Assembly (NCBI GenBank): GCA_965205425.1
Contig: CBDBGZ010000004.1
Coordinates: 96,001 to 160,000 of the forward strand
DNA length: 64,000 nucleotides
Direction of reading: 5' to 3'
DNA from: Nitrosopumilus sp.
GTDB lineage: Archaea; Thermoproteota; Nitrososphaeria; Nitrososphaerales; Nitrosopumilaceae
A program made the translations under genes and the position numbers. Numbering within the stretch: the stretch's first letter is position 1; every line of letters begins with the position of its first letter. Positions 59,579 to 64,000 of this stretch are shown here, piece by piece. A model generated the notes under the pieces. The model did not search any database. It was not told the origin of the DNA and worked only from the letters and a program-made list of their open reading frames with translations.

Positions 59579-61420
59579 ATGTCAACAAATCCAGAACGAG
59601 CCGTATCATATGTTCTTAGCAAGTATGTTACAAACTACATGGACAAAGATGTTCTGATACTGGGACTAAATACACAAACAAGAGAAGCCGCCAGAATGCT
59701 TCGTCACTACGAAACAGATGACATCATAGTTACGGATGGAGATAATCTTCCAGTTGGAATTGTTACAGATGAAGATATTCTAAGTAAAGTAAGTGATGTA
59801 ACAGTGTATGCCGAAGCTACTACTTTGAAAGATGTTATGAGTACTCCACTAATTACAATTAATGAAAAAGCAACATTACAAGATGCATTACATAAAATGA
59901 GAGATAACAACATCAGAAAACTCCCAGTATTATCAAAGAAAAACCAAGTAATTGGAATGATTTTCCAAACAGTAATTGCAAATGTTATTAGAGATGCAAC
60001 TGCTACAGCCCCACGTCTCCTTAGCCCGCCGGTAAAAGCAGTTTTGGGTAATCTTGGATTTGTATTACAATTTGCAGGAGTGTTACTTTTGGTACCAGCA
60101 ATTGTTGCCACAGTGTTAGAAGATACAACTACAGCTACAGGAATTTATCTTACTACCGTTCTTTTACTAGTTACAGGATTTTTCCTCAATTCTTATGGTG
60201 AAAAATCTAGTCTGAATCTACAACAGGCGTCAATTCTTGTATTTTCAAGCCTGTTTTTGCTGTCTTTATTTGGAACTGTTCCCTATCTGTACGTATTTCC
60301 AAGTGATGAAACTAGTGTAGAGGTATTTGGTAATGCATTTTTTTCAAGTGCTGCAGGATTCACTACAGGAGGAATATCATTATTTGATGAGCCAGAAGAA
60401 CTAACTCAGAGTTTTACATTTTTCCGAAGCTATACCCAACTTGTAGGAGGAATGAGTTTCATTTATTTGGTAATTACTGCATTTTATCCAGAATCAAAAT
60501 TACAATCAATGCGTGGTTTTATTTCTGGAAGAACATTACACATGAAAGAGTTATTCTTAACCATCACAGTCATCTTTGCAATCTACATTGTGATTGTAGC
60601 ATTTCTACTACACATATTTGGAGAAGGTGACATCATAGATGTTTTCTCATTATCGATGATAGATAATTTCTCACTAGCAATGAGTACTTTGGCAACGGGA
60701 GGATTTACACCAACATCTACAATTTTAGATGATTTGGTATGGCAAGAACACATAATCTTAATGGGTGCAATGATTCTAGGTGCATTACCATTTACATTCC
60801 ACTATGCATTTGTAAGAAAAAAATTCCTTTCACCAAAACTTGGAAAAGAAGTTTTAACATACTTTGCAATTTTAGGAAGTGCAACAGTTTTGTTTATTGG
60901 TATCAGTGGTTTAGATGATCCTTTGCAAAGTGCATTTTACTCTGTATCTGCCAGCACCACTGCAGGACTCCAAATTGAAAGTCTTGCGGGATTAAACGGG
61001 GGTGCACATACAATACTGATAATTCTAATGTTCATCGGAGGTTGTGGATTCTCAACAGCAGGGGGTTTGAAAATATTCAGATTATTCCATCTAAAAGATC
61101 TCAGATCTTTACTCAGTAAAGCACGAAGAGCAGAACTTTCAGTCCAATCAAAAAAGGAAATAATTTCAACTATCATCATCATAGCATTGTTTCCCACAAT
61201 TTCAGCAATCACAGGATTGCACCTTGCAGCAATAGAAGATGTACCATTCCAAGATGCATTTTTTGAAGCAGCAGGAGTAATCACTACAGGGGGGTTATCA
61301 GCAGGAGTAATTGATTTTGACACAGATCCTGCAACAAAGATTGTACTTGGATTTTTGATGATTTTTGGAAGGTTGGAAATAATTGCAATTATCTACATTT
61401 TTGTCCCCAAACTTAGTTGA
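59579..61420 (+). CDS. trkH: TrkH-type potassium transporter with N-terminal CBS pair
   Basis: Four pore motifs (TTGG, ATGG, TTAG, TTGG), GRLE and two CBS domains. Confidence 0.9.
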   Translation: MSTNPERAVSYVLSKYVTNYMDKDVLILGLNTQTREAARMLRHYETDDIIVTDGDNLPVGIVTDEDILSKVSDVTVYAEATTLKDVMSTPLITINEKATLQDALHKMRDNNIRKLPVLSKKNQVIGMIFQTVIANVIRDATATAPRLLSPPVKAVLGNLGFVLQFAGVLLLVPAIVATVLEDTTTATGIYLTTVLLLVTGFFLNSYGEKSSLNLQQASILVFSSLFLLSLFGTVPYLYVFPSDETSVEVFGNAFFSSAAGFTTGGISLFDEPEELTQSFTFFRSYTQLVGGMSFIYLVITAFYPESKLQSMRGFISGRTLHMKELFLTITVIFAIYIVIVAFLLHIFGEGDIIDVFSLSMIDNFSLAMSTLATGGFTPTSTILDDLVWQEHIILMGAMILGALPFTFHYAFVRKKFLSPKLGKEVLTYFAILGSATVLFIGISGLDDPLQSAFYSVSASTTAGLQIESLAGLNGGAHTILIILMFIGGCGFSTAGGLKIFRLFHLKDLRSLLSKARRAELSVQSKKEIISTIIIIALFPTISAITGLHLAAIEDVPFQDAFFEAAGVITTGGLSAGVIDFDTDPATKIVLGFLMIFGRLEIIAIIYIFVPKLS

Positions 61421-61801
61421 AAATAAGATAATGTGTAACAAATCGAACTGACATATTCTTATCAATAGACGTCTTGCGTAATTATTTCTAGGCGTGAATT
61501 TTGCTGCAGGATTTTTCAAATTGGTTGAGAAATTTGAATTTTCAGGTATGAATTCTGTTAAAATACAAAATTTGAGAAAAAATCTCTATAATTACGCAAG
61601 AGGTCTAATACAATATACAATCAATTAGGTATGTATGTCCACGAAGAGATCACCAGAGATTTGGCAATGCTAAACGATATGACAAAATTTGTCTTAGCCA
61701 AAATTAAAGAAACATCTGAAAGCCAATAATTACAGCATTCCAAATAGGATTGACTATTAAATTAGGATAGAATTTATTGTTATAATCAAAAAAACAGAAA
61801 C

Positions 61802-62623
61802 ATGGAGACGCATGTTAAAAAGAGTACAAATCAAGGGAAAAAACTGATTATTTTAGGATTTGTTACAATTGCAATTTTGTTTTTAATTTATGGAAGATAT
61901 GAAAATTCAGAACTTTTGACACCAAGTGCAATTGATACCATACAAAGAATTGCATATGGATTTTATATTATTCTAATAGTTTCTTTTGGAGCCATTGCTT
62001 TTGGAATGTATAGATATCATAGAGATAAAGTAGAAAACAAAGGAAAAGATCTCTCAACAATTATAGCAATTACAACATGGAATTCAAAATCTAGGAAAAT
62101 CTTTGTTGCCACATTTATCGGATATGGGATATTTTTTTCAATGGTTTCAGGAACTCTGGTATATCAACCAGATGTGAGTTTCTCTTATCATTACGGAGCA
62201 GAGATACCATCAGGGTTTGTTGCACCATGCTGTGACAAACCAGGATACATGCCTCAAGTAATCATTTACCTCACAGATCATGTAGGATTAAATGTAATTC
62301 CTCTTAACTTAGTGCTACAAATTATTGTTTCATATCTAGTAGGATTAAACGCAGCAATTGCAGTAAACGCATACACAATTTCTAAAAAAGGTAGAGGTGC
62401 AAGCAGTATTGGAGCTATTGCAGGATTGTTCATTGCATGCCCAACTTGTGCAGGATCATTTTTGTCAGTGTTTATTGGGACAGCAAGTGGAATTGCACTA
62501 TCAATTGCATTAGTTGAATTACAGACATTTTTTATTGCAATTTCAATACCAGTATTACTTGTAACACCATATGTCATGGCAAAAAAATTACGAAATACGG
62601 ATGGAAGTTGTAAGATTAACTAG
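61802..62623 (+). CDS. Hypothetical membrane protein
   Basis: Multiple TM segments; CC and CPTC motifs. Confidence 0.8.
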   Translation: METHVKKSTNQGKKLIILGFVTIAILFLIYGRYENSELLTPSAIDTIQRIAYGFYIILIVSFGAIAFGMYRYHRDKVENKGKDLSTIIAITTWNSKSRKIFVATFIGYGIFFSMVSGTLVYQPDVSFSYHYGAEIPSGFVAPCCDKPGYMPQVIIYLTDHVGLNVIPLNLVLQIIVSYLVGLNAAIAVNAYTISKKGRGASSIGAIAGLFIACPTCAGSFLSVFIGTASGIALSIALVELQTFFIAISIPVLLVTPYVMAKKLRNTDGSCKIN

Positions 62624-62873
62624 ATTGTGATTTCTTTACTTCGGGGATTTTGTGAGTACCAATATCATAACCATCACGACGTAAGTATTTGAGCGTCAGT
62701 TTGTAAATTATCTCATCATGATCTACTTTGTCTAAAATTTCAGTCCACATAACTTTTCCATTATCTTCAATGTATTTTTTAAAACCAGGATTCATAGATT
62801 CAGCAATTTCTCGACATTGATCAAATGTTTTTCCATTTTTGTAAGCGCGTACACGCCTATCACAACTATCCAT
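62616..62873 (-). CDS. Hypothetical protein
   Basis: Clean ORF. Confidence 0.75.
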   Translation of the reverse strand: MDSCDRRVRAYKNGKTFDQCREIAESMNPGFKKYIEDNGKVMWTEILDKVDHDEIIYKLTLKYLRRDGYDIGTHKIPEVKKSQSS

Positions 62874-62950
62874 GAAGGAATTCTTTCAAAATTGTAAATA
62901 AACTTAGATTGTATGTCTTCAAACAAATACTAGAATGGTGACTATATAGC

Positions 62951-63184
62951 ATGGCAATAAAATCAACTGAAGAGTATATTGATTTTTTTGTTAATTTGAA
63001 TATGGGAGAAAATGTACCACTTTTGAGTTTTGTAAATAATGAAAGAATGGTTTTGAAACAAAAATTAGAATATAAAAATTTAGAAAAAGAGCCAATAAAA
63101 AAAGGAATAGAAATCTTGGAGCAATTAATAATAGAAATTAATGATATTGGAGAATTAGCAATACTAAAAAAATATCAAAAGTAG
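62951..63184 (+). CDS. Hypothetical protein
   Basis: Clean ORF. Confidence 0.72.
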   Translation: MAIKSTEEYIDFFVNLNMGENVPLLSFVNNERMVLKQKLEYKNLEKEPIKKGIEILEQLIIEINDIGELAILKKYQK

Positions 63185-63187
63185 AGT

Positions 63188-63766
63188 TTGGGAGAAAAAA
63201 TGGATAAAAATTCAGAAATTATCAAAACAGAGATCATTAGAATACTAAACGAAAATGGGAAGATCAGAGGAACAGAACTTGCCAAAAGAGTAATAGAAAA
63301 AGTAGGAAATGAAAAAATAGTATACAGAGAAATCAGTGCTCTAGTTGAATCAGGGGAAATAGATAAGAAAGTTCACAGTAGGTCACATATCGAATATGAA
63401 TTGATTAATTTATCAGAATCTGTAAACAGTCAACTAAAAAATTTGCATAAAGAAGTAGATATGATTTATGAAGAAATTGCAAATTTTGAAGCCATAATAA
63501 AAGAAGAGAATTTTTCGTTTCATGAAAGACTAAGATCAATTATTCATCAAATACACATAGTGCAATCTACTGATGGAATAATGAAATTACTGTCATATTA
63601 TCCAGCATTTAGAAAAGACAAGATGTATTCACAAATTATAAGAAAAATAAACGATTGTTGGGAATCAATCATGAATAGCATCACTCATCAACCAGAAGGA
63701 GATTTTCTTAATGAAGTTCTTGCAAATTTAAGAATATCTCAAATAGATTCAAAAAATGTGAATTAA
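63188..63766 (+). CDS. Winged-helix-containing hypothetical protein
   Basis: IIRILNENGKIRGTELAK..LVESGEI. Confidence 0.72.
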   Translation: MGEKMDKNSEIIKTEIIRILNENGKIRGTELAKRVIEKVGNEKIVYREISALVESGEIDKKVHSRSHIEYELINLSESVNSQLKNLHKEVDMIYEEIANFEAIIKEENFSFHERLRSIIHQIHIVQSTDGIMKLLSYYPAFRKDKMYSQIIRKINDCWESIMNSITHQPEGDFLNEVLANLRISQIDSKNVN

Positions 63767-64000
63767 GAATTTTTTAATTTCTCTAAAACAATTTTAAAAA
63801 TTTCATTATTATCTAATAATATGTATGGAAGATCATTTTCTTCACATGCTTGACCACTTTCGGTATCACGGGTGACCAATATCATGTTGTGTTCTTTAGC
63901 ATAATTAATCACAGAATAGTCAGTTCGTAGTTTGTGTCCATCCGTACGTAACTTTTTAACGCTATAGGCATCATAACCTAATTCTTTGAGTTTATCATCC
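63763..64000 (-). CDS. PIN-like (DUF5615-type) protein, partial at the window edge
   Basis: Translated by hand: LKELGYDAYSV..DYSVINYAKEHNMILVTRD. Confidence 0.72.
   Translation of the reverse strand, partial: DDKLKELGYDAYSVKKLRTDGHKLRTDYSVINYAKEHNMILVTRDTESGQACEENDLPYILLDNNEIFKIVLEKLKNS

Overview
AT-rich archaeal chromosome segment. Gene content, ribosomal-protein sequences and the secreted 'PxWVKNTAGWW' and 'CVKP' domains point to a Nitrosopumilus-like ammonia-oxidising thaumarchaeote (inference). The core backbone carries psmA, a SPOUT methyltransferase, the rpl3-rpl6 ribosomal cluster (including an unannotated rps14), tRNA-Asn(GTT), purC/F/L/Q/S/P, tatC/tatA, ubiX, egtB, proS and a CBS-TrkH fusion. 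It is heavily invaded by insertion sequences. There are four near-identical 1042-bp IS481-like copies (two with 15-bp target duplications), a second IS481-like element, three frameshifted IS1595 copies, two 1026-bp IS5-family copies with a -1 slippery site, a truncated IS110 and other remnants. The main observations are: (1) the two IS5 copies have reciprocally swapped 9-bp target duplications, the signature of a 9.6-kb circle fused into the chromosome, which carries an AbrB-Doc-membrane-peptide operon, restriction-modification debris and a codon-skew-inverted egtB-proS block; (2) an orphan CRISPR-like unit (37-bp repeat, 32-bp spacer, 37-bp repeat); (3) a dispersed 22-bp palindrome family; (4) a candidate three-way-junction ncRNA; (5) a CarH-type B12 photoreceptor with a non-MerR N-terminus; (6) a secreted Kazal-DUF4377-Kunitz protease inhibitor. 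All calls were made by eye, without database searches.
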